DNA from: Octopus vulgaris
Taxonomy: Eukaryota
DNA: 64,000 nt
Reading direction: 5' to 3'
NCBI GenBank assembly: GCA_951406725.2
Contig: OX597817.1
Span: 13,144,001 to 13,208,000 of the forward strand
Under the pieces are notes generated by a model, which ran no database searches, was not told where the DNA came from, and saw only the letters and a list, made by a program, of their open reading frames with translations. The position numbers were made by a program, and so were the translations under genes. Every line of letters begins with the position of its first letter. Positions within the stretch are counted from its first letter, which is position 1. This document shows, in pieces, positions 13,830-26,720 of the stretch.

Positions 13830-14218
13830 TGGAGGCGCAATGGCCCAGTGGTTAGGGCAGCGGACTCGCGGTCGTAGGATCGCGGTTTCGATTCCCAGAC
13901 CGGGCGTTGTGAGTGTTTATTGAGCGAAAACACCTAAAAAGCTCCACGACGCTCCGGCAGGGGATGGTGGTGATCCCTGCTGTACTCTTTCACCACAACT
14001 TTCTCTCACTCTTACTTCCTGTTTCTGTTGTACCTGTATTTCAAAGGGCCGGCCTTGTCACTCTCTGTGTCACGCTGAATATCCCCGAGAACTACGTTAA
14101 GGGTACACGTGTCTGTGGAGTGCTCAGCCACTTACACGTTAATTTCACGAGCAGGCTGTTCCGTTGATTCGGATCAACCGGAACCCTCATCGTCGTAACC
14201 GACGGAGTGCAAAGAGAG
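13830..14218 (+). mobile_element. SINE family B (tRNA-Arg-like head), young
   Basis: A box TGGCCCAGTGG, TCG anticodon-like loop, B box GGTTTCGATTCC. TSD acgttaacacaag at 13817 and 14219. Confidence 0.92.
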
Positions 14219-14819
14219 ACGTTAACACAAGCATTCTTGATTAAAACTAAATGCCAACTTAGTTTTCGGACACTGGGCATCTAAGATTACATTATCTAAT
14301 GTGTCCTTTCTTTTTTAAAGACCGTAGTTTGACTTGGAAGATATTTGGGTACTGTTGCTAGCAGGTCGACTTATCACGTAGAGGTTCTATGCGTTGGATT
14401 TTGTTTTTAATCAAGAATGTTCTTGTTTTAAAAGATACACAACAATCTCTGTTGTGTTGGTGTGACAATAAAATGCATCTAACACGTTTTGTAAAGTGGT
14501 GGGCATATGAAAACCATCCCGCCATAGAAACTCTGTCAAAAATGGAAAGCAAGAGTATGATAGGGTCATCAACTCATCTAGGAGGGCAAAAACTCTGAAT
14601 AAAAATTGATCAGTCCACAAAAGGCATTAAAAGTGGGAGGTAAAATGATGACAATGAATGCATTAGGCATTTTATTGCATGATGAAAGGCAATAAAATGC
14701 AATTAGTGTTATCCCATTGCAGAAAGCTAAATGGAATGCCCAGGCACATACTCAGTTTAAAAGGTTACGAATATTCTTAAAACAATTTCTTATTATTTTA
14801 ATTCTTAAACAAAAATGAT

Positions 14820-15247
14820 TGGCAATCTTTCGTCTCTAGTAGACCTTTCCGTCGATTTCCGTAAAAATTTTTTTTTTTTTTTTACATATGGGCTTGCGGG
14901 AACTTTTGAAGTAATGAGAGCGAAAGAGACTAAGAGAAAGCGATTGTATGACGAGGGAAGTTCTTTTGAAGTTACCGTGCATGGGAAGCATTGATGTACA
15001 TGTGTGTGTGTGTTTGATGGGGTGTGGGAGACAGACAGTATGTTGTGTAAGTGAAGTGCTTCTGTTAGTGTGTGTGAAGAGACAGACAGAGTAATGTGTG
15101 AAAGAAAGGGATAACTGAATTTTTTTACTCGGTGTATGTGTATATGTATGTATATTACTTCAAAAGTTCCCGCAAGCTCATATGTAAAAAAAAAAAAAAT
15201 TTTTACGGAAATCGACGGAAAGGTCTACTAGAGACGAAAGATCGCCC
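14820..15247. mobile_element. MITE with about 95-bp TIRs and a 9-bp TSD (Mutator-like)
   Basis: TIR GGCAATCTTTCGTCTCTAGTAGACC... TSD aaaaatgat at 14811 and 15248. Confidence 0.85.
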
Positions 15248-16404
15248 AAAAATGATATATTTTCTGCTGAATAATGGCATATTTTTATTATCAAAAAGCA
15301 ACGAAAAGAAAAGAAGGGAAAAGACATCTCAACAGATGCGTTGAGCAGATAGGTGCGTTGAGTTACGTCCCTTTACGCCCACGGAGTGAAAATTAAAGAA
15401 CTAAAAAAAGAAAAAAGAGACCCACACTGTAATCGGTCGCCCCTAAAAAAAATCCCTGCAGAGAAAAAACGTCGACCGTGGCCCAAGCAGAAGGAAAGAA
15501 AGCAAGTCGCGAAACAAATACCGGCTTAGTTATTTTTTTCTGTTAGTCTTAGAGAAAAGTGATATTTACTATTTCAAAATCTTTTATATAATCTGCTATA
15601 TATACAATAGAGACACTCATTCATTACTGCATAGAAAATATATTGCACATATGTTCGAAATTTAAAGAAAAGCAAAAACTTTTTAAATGGAACTTTAAAA
15701 GAAAAAAAGAGAGAGAAAAGAACGTACTTCGAGTATTCAAAATATTTTATTAAATAAATAAGAAGGAAACATGTGATGGCTTCCGAGAATTTTCTGCGAA
15801 TAATGGTAATTCCGGAATTTTGCAACGAAGTGAAATTTGCAGATATTAATGTATTTTTTTTCTTTTAAATGGGAGAAATTAAAGATTATGAGAGAATATA
15901 TATGCCAATTTCTAGTATTTCATGAGATTTTAAAGAACAGATTTCATTTTCTTATGTGTGTGTGTGTGTGTCGCTTCTCGGCTTTTTTTTTGCTTAGATC
16001 AAAATGTAGTGTATATAAATTAAGAACATTTATCCCCGATGACAAAAAATATATACATTTTTAACTGTCGGTAACTGGGGATGCTTAAGAAAGAAACAAA
16101 ATCTCAAGTCAGCTTCCTCTAAAACGTTGCGAATAACCTGATTTATTGGAGTTCGATGAGATCTTTGATGATGACTTGTAAATAACATGTCACGAGGTGT
16201 CGGGCTTACGATGTTTCAAAAGAGAAAAAAGAACTAACCTAACCTGTTTTATACACAATAATATAAAATATAACGAATATTTAGGTGTCTGTTTTTGTTC
16301 CATTTCGCTGTGAATATTGACAGACTATTCTTATAAACACGAGTCGAATTTTGCCGGACATAAGCAACATACATATACATACATATGTGTGTGTGTATGT
16401 GTGC

Positions 16405-16921
16405 AGGTCGACTTTACCTTTCATCCTTTCGAGGTCGATAAATTAAGTACCAGTTACGCACTGGGGTCGATGTAATCGACTTAATACCTATGTCTGTCCT
16501 TGTTTGTTCCCTCTGTGTTTAGTCCCTTGTGGGTAATAAAGAAATAGGTATTTCGTTTGTCGCTACGTTCTGAGTTCAAAAACCGCCGAGGTCGACTTTG
16601 CCTTTCATCCTTTCGGGGTCGATAAATTAAGTACCAGTTACGCACTGGGGTCGATGTAATCGACTTAATACCTATGTCTGTCCTTGTTTGTTCCCTCTAT
16701 GTTTAGCCCCTTGTGGGTAATAAAGAAATAGGTATTTCGTCTGTCGTTACGTTCTGAGTTCAAATTTCGCCGAGGTCGACTTTGCCTTTCATCCTTTCGG
16801 GGTCGATAAATTAAGTACCAGTTACGCACTGGGGTCGATGTAATCGACTTAATACCTATGTCTGTCCTTGTTTGTTCCCTCTATGTTTAGCCCCTTGTGG
16901 GTAATAAAGAAATAGGTATTT
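16405..16921 (+). mobile_element. SINE family C tandem array (about 2.8 units of 184 bp)
   Basis: AGGTCGAC recurs at 16405, 16589 and 16773. B box GAGTTCAAAT and central GCCTTTCATCCTTTCGGGGTCGATAAA domain. Confidence 0.9.
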
Positions 16922-17490
16922 TTTTAAACATCAAATAACAATAGTTTTCGATATTCAAATCAGATCACATTTCAGCGAAGTTATTCATATAAACAGATCT
17001 TTCGATCTTGATAACACTGAGTGATATTAAACAAAAACAGAAACAAAAACGTAAGAAACAGTTATTTTCAAAATAGCATCACACAAGGAACTTATTTAAA
17101 CCAATTCTAAGTGTTATTCTAATATAATATAATAAATAGTTATGCCTGTATGCAGAACATTCACAAACACGATGACACGAAACATAGGGGAGAGATTTGT
17201 TTTGGTAAGAAAGGTGTCGTGTCTAATTAATCAATTAAACGAATTAATGATGGTTATAAGGAGGGGAAAAAAAACTCTATTCCTTATCTAAACATGCAAT
17301 TTATAATTATAATGTTAGGTATGTGAGGTTACTAAGAAGAAAACAAGACCTGTCATTTGTTAATTAAATTCTAAAATTCGTTACACGGCGATCCAATTAA
17401 GAATAGATGAAACCAGGTGATTCGATTTGTATGTGTGATGTGTGATGTGTATCTTATGTTTCTATGTTTCTAGTTCAACGGATATCTTAC

Positions 17491-17576
17491 CTGCAGATAT
17501 TCACAAGGTTTTTCCGTTGTACAGTCCATTGCCTGATAGCCAGTGCTTTTCGGCGAGATGACGCTGCGATATCCAT
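17491..17576 (-). CDS. RUNDC3: First coding exon of a RUN-domain protein (RUNDC3A/B-like); later exons not found in the window
   Basis: Minus strand reads ATG...MDIAASSRRKALAIRQWTVQRKNLVNIC(R) then a CAG|GTAAG donor (phase 2). Resembles recalled RUNDC3A VAVERKNLITVCR|FSVK. In-frame stop upstream of the ATG. RUFY family is a weaker alternative. Confidence 0.7.
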
Positions 17577-19719
17577 GTTAGCAGCTCTCAGCTTCCCTTA
17601 AAAACGTACAAGTCCTGCTTATAATTGCGCAGGTGATTTTTACAAAACCACCCCAACAACCAGCCGCCGACTAATTGTGTTCACTACACAGTTGTCGTCA
17701 TGCATTGATTAAATACAAGAAACTGTAAAATATTATCTATGATAATATATTCAGACGTCCTTATCTTTGTCTTACTCTTGTATCAGTAGTGATGCGGGGG
17801 AAGAGAGAGAGACAGAGAGAGAGAGTAAGAAAGGGTGGGAGTGAGAGAATGAATGATTGCAAAGAAAGAGTGTGTCTACAGCGGAGGGGGAGGCGGGTAG
17901 AATTGAGGGGGAAGAGTAAGAGTAATAGAGAAAGTAGAAATGGTATTAACTCAATGAAGAAATTCTTTTATTACGTAAAATGATATTTAATAAAATTCTG
18001 GATTATTTTTTAGACATAGATTTACTGTTATTCATTGGAATTTTAATGTATCAATTATATTTTCTTCCGGAAAGTGAGTGTATTATTTTTTTTTCGTTTT
18101 TTTTTTCCGATTATTGTAACAAAAAAAATAATTTCAAATTGTCATACTAATGAACCAGCTATCTTATACATATTTATTATCATCATCATCTTCATCTTCA
18201 TCATCTTCATCAGCAACATCGTCGTCGTCGTCGCCGTCATCATCTTATTGTCATCACCAGCTCTACTGCCATCACCATAATCTTCGTGAGATCGTAAGGG
18301 AGTCTATTCGTGGCCGTTTTTGACCTACAAGAAATAGCAGCCAAATAACTTTCAAATCAATCTCCGCTGTTTTAAATAAAGGACACAGTAGATAATGTAA
18401 ATCTTCATAAACAAGAAAATAAGATGATCATGGACAGAATGGGTTTTTTAAATTTTTATTGTAGGTTTTTCTTGATCGAGGTTAACCAGGGACTAAAACA
18501 GTAACGATACTATCATTATATCCATCCGTATATTATTCCTACTCAACATTATTACAACTGTCATCGTCGTTTTCTTTACCGCTGTCATCATCATCACCAT
18601 CATCATCTTCATCATCATCATCATCATCATAATTATCATCAATTAACCTCTTTCTCACTTCTGTCATTTCGTCATCACCACTTACCTCCGCCGCAGCCAC
18701 CACCAACAGTAACATTAATACCGCCTACATTCTTTGTCATCAATGCTGCCATCGTAATTCACAATTTAAAATGTTTTAACCAAAAATTGAATGAAATACC
18801 AACAAGTAAATATTTTGAATCATATTTTTTTTTTAATTCATGAAAATGTGTGTTCTATTGTTGTTGTTGTTGCTGCTGCTGCTGGTGGTGGTAAGGCTGC
18901 TGCCATCACAAGATGTACTTGTGAGGAAACCATTAAAAATCAATATTCTGACGAAATATCGATTAGCATAAATCTATAAAAGGCAAAATAGATCTTTAGC
19001 AGCGTTTTCAAATTTTGGGGTTACGATCCATAAATTGTTTCGGGTGGTGAAAGGTATATTCTTGGATTCGTGGGCGAAATTTTGTATATAAAATACACAT
19101 TATTGTGGTTTTATTCAATCCTTGTTGCTGGATGGCACAAGACTATACATTTGCAAGAGATGGGTATAGTTGAATGAATAACCAGTGCTCATTTTCTCAC
19201 AGACACCCTCAAGGTGGAAGAGTTGAAAGGTAAAGTCTACTACAGCTAAAATTTAAGGTTAAAAGATAGGTGTGGGTGTGTAAAGTACAATGGTGTAAGA
19301 ACATATCGTTCGACATTCTACCGCTTTTGTACTTCAAATAATGATGTTTTATATAAGCATTAAAGCCTTCAGATTTTGTTTAAGGAGGAGAAATTCGAAA
19401 AATATGAATTACGCTTTATTAAAATTTTCGGTGTTATTTTTTTTTAAGCAATAACGGTGTACGCGAAAATTTTCAAATAGAATGGAAACCAGGTCAAAGA
19501 CTCGGTTTATGAAAACTGATTGTCGCACCAAAGCAGCTGCCACAAACTTTATATATTGATTTTTTTTTTTGTATGTGTTAGGGTGGGCGGTGTAGGCATG
19601 AAGCCAATTTTTATTTAGGATACACTTGATGAAATCGTACTCAGTATATATTTTTGTACTTATTTTCATCGACCTGAAGGAAATAAAAGTCAAAATCGTT
19701 TCTAGTGGGTGGTTTAAAC

Positions 19720-19886
19720 CACTCGTGGGCAACCCGCGGCCCACAGGCATCAAGCGGCTCGTGGGACTTTCTGAAGGGCACACCTAACGAAACATTACCT
19801 TCATTTTTCTTTTAATAGTGCGACCCGCCTGACCATGAGCCATGTTTCATGCGGCCCATTTCTTGTAAAAGGTTTGCCCACACTCG
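19720..19886. mobile_element. Older hAT-like MITE
   Basis: GTGGGCAA/TTGCCCAC termini, GCGGCCC motifs, imperfect TSD (g/a)tttaaac. Confidence 0.6.
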
Positions 19887-21619
19887 ATTTAAACTTAGAA
19901 CTTATAGGCACAAAACTAAGATAATTTAAACTGGTATATTGCCTTTTCATCGTCTTTGAAGATTTGGTCAATGTCATTGCTTAGAGAACTGCGCCGATGG
20001 GTTTGTATCGCGTTACCATTGCTACTTATAGAACGGCAATCACAATAGGCAGCAAGAGAACCTGTGGCAGCCCGTGTATAGGCACTGCGGAACTGCAGCA
20101 CCCCTATTTCCACTCGATATTATCGATAACTTTCAATATAATGAGTCCTTTTTCCTTTAATTCTTTCTTTATACTTGTACATTATATGATCCTTATACTT
20201 AATATCAGTAGCCATCCCCTAGTTTATGAAAAAATACAAAAATCCTTGAATAGAACTGTGCGCTTCACAGTTCCAGCGACGCAGTGTTTGGCTGTTGTGC
20301 GCATGCTCACATGTCCGAGATAGGAAGCTTCATGCTAGGGAGAGAGAGCACTGCGTGAACGACAGTGCCGGTGAAAGGTAGTGTTTCTTTTTGACTCTGC
20401 GTGTGTTGTGCTTAAAAACATGTTTATATTCTTGAATGTGATAAGGGGTAGAATTAGATTATTATCTTGCTTCCAGCTTCTGTGTTGCTGCCAGGATTTG
20501 AAAAATAAGGCTGGTTTCTGCCCCGCTTATTTGGTGATTTAGAGGGGGAGTTGAAAAACAAGTGGAAATTCGCAGCGAAGTTCAGTGAACAAATTAAACA
20601 CACCACTAGGCAGTGGCTAAAACGCTTACCGATCAAGTTTATGTATAAATATTCTTTTGATATGTTTTTTTTTTTTCCTTTTACACAATATTAAAACAAC
20701 GGCTAAACATTTTCAGAAGCAACACTCCCACTAATTTTATCTATGAGAACTGCATAATTGACGAGTATTTCAATAATTTACTGAACTGAGTGAAAACTCT
20801 TCTCGTGGGTTAAGTTTAATAAGGGATAGGCTTTCATCATCATCATTGTTCGACCGTGGTCGAGACTTTCATAGTCTTTTCAAATGGCTAATAATGTGTG
20901 CGCGCGCCACTACTACACACATTGGAAAGCATTGTACAACCAAGTACTAAAGAAGATCTTTCCTCCTCCATGAAACAAAGCTGTTCCCGCTGGACGTCAA
21001 CCCAGTATTTCTAAGCTACGGACCGAGTGATTTATTGTTAGGTTATCTCCCTAGATAGATTGCCTTCACTACGGCTAAGGAGCCCTTTCTACCCCACATA
21101 GGCTTTGCCATGTACACTTACTAGATACACCGCAAAAAGGCAATGTTTTCCCATACCTCCTTACAGCTTCATGTGTACAGAATGTTTTGACTTAAAAGGG
21201 AATATTGGCCTGAAAATTTCATCGTTGAGAAAAAAGAAAAAAATTGTGGTGATCGTTATTTTCCCAGGGGATTTAACGATCTAAGTATTAACATAAACAA
21301 GGGAGTGGACGACATAGTTATTAACATGAGAAGGATCGGATTAAGGTCAAATGATGCCCTAGGCGCAGTCCAACAATGGTACCATCTCGATCCTTCTATT
21401 GTCTAACTGACAAGGCATTAAGATATAATAAATACTGAATGTAAAATAGATTTAAAATTGTTCTCTTCCTGACCACTGCCCATGTCAGATCCCAATCATT
21501 ACCTGTTCTTAATTTTTTTTTTTTTGTTAGCAGTCGACAATTTAAGTAAATGATCTACTTAAACTAAAGAAAAATACAAATTGTCAATAACAATAATAAT
21601 GATGATGATGATCATAATA

Positions 21620-22012
21620 ATAGGTGTAAGCGTAGGAGTGGCTGTGTGGTAAGTAGCTTGCTTACCAACCACATGGTTGCGGGTTCAGTCCCACTGCGTG
21701 GCACCTTGGGCAAGTGTCTTCTACTATAGCCTCGAGCTGACCAAAGCATTGTGAATGGATTTGGTAGACAGAAACTGAAAGAAGCCCGTCGTATATACTC
21801 TTTTACTCTTTTACTTGTTTCAGTCCTTTGACTGTGGCCATGCTGGAGCACCGCCTTTAGTCGAGCAAATCGACCCCGGGACTTATTCTTTGTAAGCCCA
21901 GTACTTATTCTATCGTTCTCTTTTGCCGAACCGCTAAGTGACGGGGACGTGAACACACCAGTATCGGTTGTCAAGCAATGCTAGGGGGACAAACACAGAC
22001 AAACAAACACAT

Positions 22013-22047
<35 letters not shown>

Positions 22048-22165
22048 ACAAGCTTTCAGCTTCCGTCTACCAAATCCACTCACAAGGCATTGGTCGGCCC
22101 GGGGCTATAGCAGAAGACACTTGCCCAAGATGCCACATAGTGGGACTGAACCCGGAACCATGTGT

Positions 22166-22213
<48 letters not shown>

Positions 22214-22410
22214 TTTTGTGTCTGTGTTTGTCCCCCCAACATCGCTTGACAACCGATGCTGGTGTGTTTATGTCCCCGTAACTTAGCGGTTCGGCAAAAG
22301 AGACCGATAGAATAAGTACAAGGCTTACAAAGAATGAGTCCTGGGGTCGATTTGCTCGACTAAAGGCGGTGCTCCAGTATGACTACAGCCACATGACTGA
22401 AACAAGTAAA
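21620..22410. mobile_element. SINE family A: minus-strand copy nested in a plus-strand copy
   Basis: Plus 5' half 21620-21795, minus copy 21797-22162, plus 3' half about 22165-22410. Confidence 0.85.
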
Positions 22411-22439
22411 ATAATAATAATAATAATAATGATAATAAT

Positions 22440-23032
22440 TTGTTTGCCTCAGGGGCATAAAATAAGGGTGACATTACAAAGACAGTTTACAATCTGTGTG
22501 GGGTTTATATATAAGATGGGGGGAAGGAAGAGAGATGAGATAAAAGTATACATAGTATACGAAATATAAGAACACATCTATTATGTAGTCCTCCTCTTAA
22601 AGAAGAACTTCCAGCTAGAGCCAATCAAAGAACTCCACAGATCGAAGATCACTTTGACTGCCAAGGACACAAGCCGTCATCCAATTGTAGTTCTCCAATC
22701 TCTAGGTACATGCTTAGTGTAGGTCCATTGACTCTAACCACTTTTGCCATAGTTACCCATCATTTGACAAATTCACTGGGAGCACTTCCCTCTCCGCCCT
22801 CACCTTCCTAAAGGGGTAATAAGAACTTGGCCAAAGAGGAAAGTATCTGTTCTCATTCCTTTCAGCTTCGTTTACCACACAACGTCTTTCACCATAGCCA
22901 TTAGACAGAAAAACCGGATGCTCTCTTTTGTTAAAGATGGGTCATAGGGCGAATTTCGTGACGAATTCGGACAATAGTTAGATTTATCCTATATGCAACA
23001 ACAGCTGTCCTGCATAACTCTGTAGCGTACGC
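22440..23032 (-). mobile_element. L1/Tx1-like LINE 3' remnant
   Basis: FFCLMAMVKDVVW and WVTMAKVVRVNG C-terminal-like residues. Related ORF2 pieces lie at 24015-24165 and 26430-26720. Confidence 0.55.
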
Positions 23033-23770
23033 TTGAGGGAAATTCCTCTCTCTGTGTTATATATACATAAATACGGACGTAGTAGATAACAGCTAGCCTT
23101 CGGCTGCCCTTTTGGACCATGTTGTGTCCACTACTCTGATTAGTTGGTATTGACGCAACTTGTCTCTTGCTCTATTGCGCGCCAATGTGCAACCCAACCA
23201 ATCGCAGCCTTCTGAATATGTCACGTGAGACAGTCTCTTCTAAACCTCCGGTGAGCCGACTGCACCCTATAAAGCTCTAGCTTCACATCAAGTCGAGGTC
23301 TTTCGGTTTCAGACCTTTTAAGGTCTAGCCACTGACCACACAGGACACAGCCAGTTCCAGCGACAACACAGCGGCAGCCACATGGAGACCTATCAACTTC
23401 GTCCAGCCGCATTCAGGACCTCCATCTCTGTCGCCACCATTCATCCTAACATCAACATCATCTCTCTACAAAAGACCTCGACTCGATATGGAACCGAAAG
23501 ACCTCGACTCGATATGAAGCTAGAGTTTTATAGGGTGTAGTTGGCTCACCGGAGGTTTAGAAGAGACAGTCTCATGTGACCTTATCAGAAGGCTGCGATT
23601 GGTTGGGTTGCATATTGGTGCGCAATAGAGCAAGAGACAAGTTGCGCCAATACCAACCAATCAGAGTAGTGGACACAACAGGGTCCAAAAGGGCGGCCGA
23701 AGGCTAGCTGTTATCTACTACGTCCGTATTTATGTATATATAACAGAGAGAGGGCAAATTTCCCTCTCAA
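23033..23770. repeat. Fold-back element with about 275-bp inverted arms containing CCAAT and TATA motifs
   Basis: 23033-23310 is the reverse complement of about 23490-23770 with scattered mismatches. Confidence 0.9.
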
Positions 23771-24014
23771 TTTCTAGGCACCTAAATTTTTTTTTTTCTT
23801 TGGTGGGTAGGTTGATGGGCTTGTTGCAGAACCGCGACGCTGTTAAAGAGATGAGCTACGAAAAAAAAAAACATTTTTCAAAAGGAAAATACACAGATTC
23901 GCCACCTAGAAAAATCTGCAAGTAGCGCAGGCTCAGCACGTGCATCCAAATTGGGTTGCTTTTAGGATTACTACCAGTAGCGACGATCAATTACAACGAA
24001 GGCTTTCGACAGAT

Positions 24015-24165
24015 TTAAATTGACTCGCTGGCAATCCGGTCTCTGTAGTCTTTTCGCGCCGGGAAGGACGCGTTCAAGTTCCAGTATCCGGGTTTCCTCT
24101 CTATTAGTTCTAAGTCGATTGCATAGATCACAAAGCTCTCACTACTCTCCCAAAAATGGGGATAC
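24015..24165 (-). mobile_element. L1/Tx1-like ORF2 fragment
   Basis: PGYWNLNAS..YRDRI resembles the post-endonuclease GPGYWKLN motif. Confidence 0.6.
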
Positions 24166-24358
24166 TCTCTTTTATTTGTTTCAGTCATTTGACTGCGGCC
24201 ATGCTGGAGCACCGCCTTTAGTCGAGCAACTCGGCCCCGGGATTATTCTTTGTAAGCCTAGTACTTATTCTATCGGTCTCTTTTGCCGAACCGCTAAGTG
24301 ACGGGGACGTAAACACACCAGCATCGGTTGTCAAGCAATGCTAGGGGGACAAACACAC

Positions 24359-24391
<33 letters not shown>

Positions 24392-24555
24392 CATATATAC
24401 GACAGGCTTCTTTCAGTTTCCGTCTACCAAATCCACTCACAAGGCATTGGTCGGCCCGGGGCTATAGCAGAAGACACTTGCCCAAGATGCCACGCAGTGG
24501 GACTGAACCCAGAACCATGTGGTTGGTTAGCAAGCTACTTACCACACAGCCACTC
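24166..24555 (-). mobile_element. SINE family A copy
   Basis: Reverse complement of family A. Confidence 0.9.
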
Positions 24556-24878
24556 CAGCGGACATTGTATAGTTGACACATGTTACATTAGCTTGCAGTG
24601 CCAGGTTTAAAATTTCATCATCAAAACTCAACCAACACTGTTATGAGTCAACGAAAGAAATATCAGCAAAATCTCCCTCGAATCACACCCAACCATCAAA
24701 AAAGACTGGGATCACAATACTTCGCAATAAGTGGTTATGGTCACAACTGTAACGCTTTTGATCATTGGAATTGAGCTGAAGTTAATTAACAGCACTACAG
24801 ATGGAAATGGATTTCTAGGAATGAATGTCAGAACTGATTCTTGATTTGTGATAACCACTTCAAGTCACTTATGCTATT

Positions 24879-25787
24879 TATATCCTTTTCTACTCTAGGC
24901 ACAAGGCCCGAAATATTGGGGGAGAGGGTCCAGTCGATTAGATCGACACCAGCACACAACTGCTACTTAATTTATCGACCCCGAAAGGATGAAAGGCAAA
25001 GTCGACTCCGGCGGAATTTGAACTCAGAACGTAATGCCAGACGAAATACCTATTTCTTTACTATCCACAAGGGGCTAAACAGAGAGGATAAACAAGGACA
25101 GACAAACGGATTAAGTCGATTATATCGATCCCAGTGCGTAACTGGTACTTAATTTATCGACCCCGAAAGGATGAAAGGCAAAGTCGACCTCGGCGGAATT
25201 TGAACTCAGAACGTAGCGCCAGATGAAATACCTATTTCTTTACTACCCACAAGGGGCTAAACACAGAGAGGACAAACGGATTAAGTCGATTATATCGACC
25301 CAAGTGCGTAACTGGTACTTAATTTATCGACCCTGAAAGGATGAAAGGCAAAGTCGACCTCGGCGGAATTTGAACCCAGAATGTAGCGCCAGACGAAATA
25401 CCTATTTCTTTACTACCCACAAGGGGCTAAACACAGAGAGGACAAACGGATTAAGTCGATTATATCGACCCAAGTGCGTAACAGGTACTTAATTTATCGA
25501 CCCCGAAAGGATGAAAGGCAAAGTCGACCTCAGAACGTAACGGCAGACAAAATACCTATTTCTTTATTACCCACAAGGGGCTAAACATAGAGGGGACAAA
25601 CAAGGACAGACATAGGTATTAAGTCGATTACACCGACCCCAGTGCGTAACTGGTACTTAATTTATCGACCCCGAAAGGATGAAAGGCAAAGTCGACCTCG
25701 GCGGAATTTGAACTCAGAACGTAGCAGCAGACGAAATACGGTTAAGCATTTCGCCCGGCACGCTAACGTTTCTGCCAGCTCGCCGCC
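24879..25787 (-). mobile_element. SINE family C pentamer inside one TSD
   Basis: Five units. TSD tcacttatgctatt at 24865 and 25788. Confidence 0.9.
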
Positions 25788-26429
25788 TCACTTATGCTAT
25801 TAATATCAGAAGAAACCATAAGTTATATCCGGAACAAAACGTATAACAGTTAAAGATGTTAACACCCATACATTCGATATCGAATAAAATTAAAATTCCC
25901 ACCCAACAAACAACATTAAATTTGATTTTTATGTCCCACTTTCAGTTTGTTTTATTTTTTCCCCGCTAGGATTTAAAAATAGATCCTCTGATATTTCAAG
26001 TAAGGAGACAATTATTCACCGAAGTGCCAGATGTTTCACTGAGAGAATTAATTAATCTAGTCATTCATAATTATTTGAATCAATGACAATAAAGTTCATG
26101 TCGACATAATGTCTTTGGCTAAGATAGTGTGTTATTAGCAACTAAGCTGTCTTGGATACTGGAAGCTTTTCTTTCCTTAAATAATGGTTGCTAATATAGG
26201 AACAAGGCCTGAAATGTGGGTGGAAGAGTTAGTTAATACTATCGATCGATATTTGACTGCTGCTTTATTTTGTCGGCCTCCGAAGCGAAGCTGACCTCTG
26301 TGGAGTTTAAACTCAGGGCGTAAAGATCCGCAACAAATACCGCAAGGAGTTTTAGTTTTCCAACGCTAACGATTCACTCAACTCACCATACTCTTTCTTC
26401 CGTTATAATAGTTTCAAATTCTGGACCCA

Positions 26430-26720
26430 AGAGGTCGCCAAGCAGATCTGGTATAAACTCATAGACAGACCATTCACATCGGGCGATTTGTCTCTTGCGC
26501 AATCTCTCAATAACTCTTGTATTTCAGGTGCTGATATTGGCCTTTCACAGTCCTTGTCTCTTCTGTTAAGAGCCGCTGAGGTCGTCTAGGTAGGCACTAA
26601 AGTCCATAATCATCTCTAACCTATTGCTTACTCAGAAGAGTTGAGCAAAGTGCTGCTGGAACGCCGCCTACATCTGCTTGGAACTGAGTAGAACGCGCCT
26701 ATCCTGGTCCGTTGGAGTAA
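26430..26720 (-). mobile_element. L1/Tx1-like ORF2 fragment
   Basis: CERPISAPEIQELLRDCARDKSPDVNGL resembles the KSPGxDGL motif. Confidence 0.6.

Noticed and set aside
13830-13905. tRNA-Arg-like gene
   Set aside because: It is the head of SINE family B (four copies with TSDs) and lacks a proper acceptor stem.
16405-16921. CRISPR-like array
   Set aside because: Units are full tandem SINE bodies with no unique spacers, in a eukaryotic context with no cas genes.
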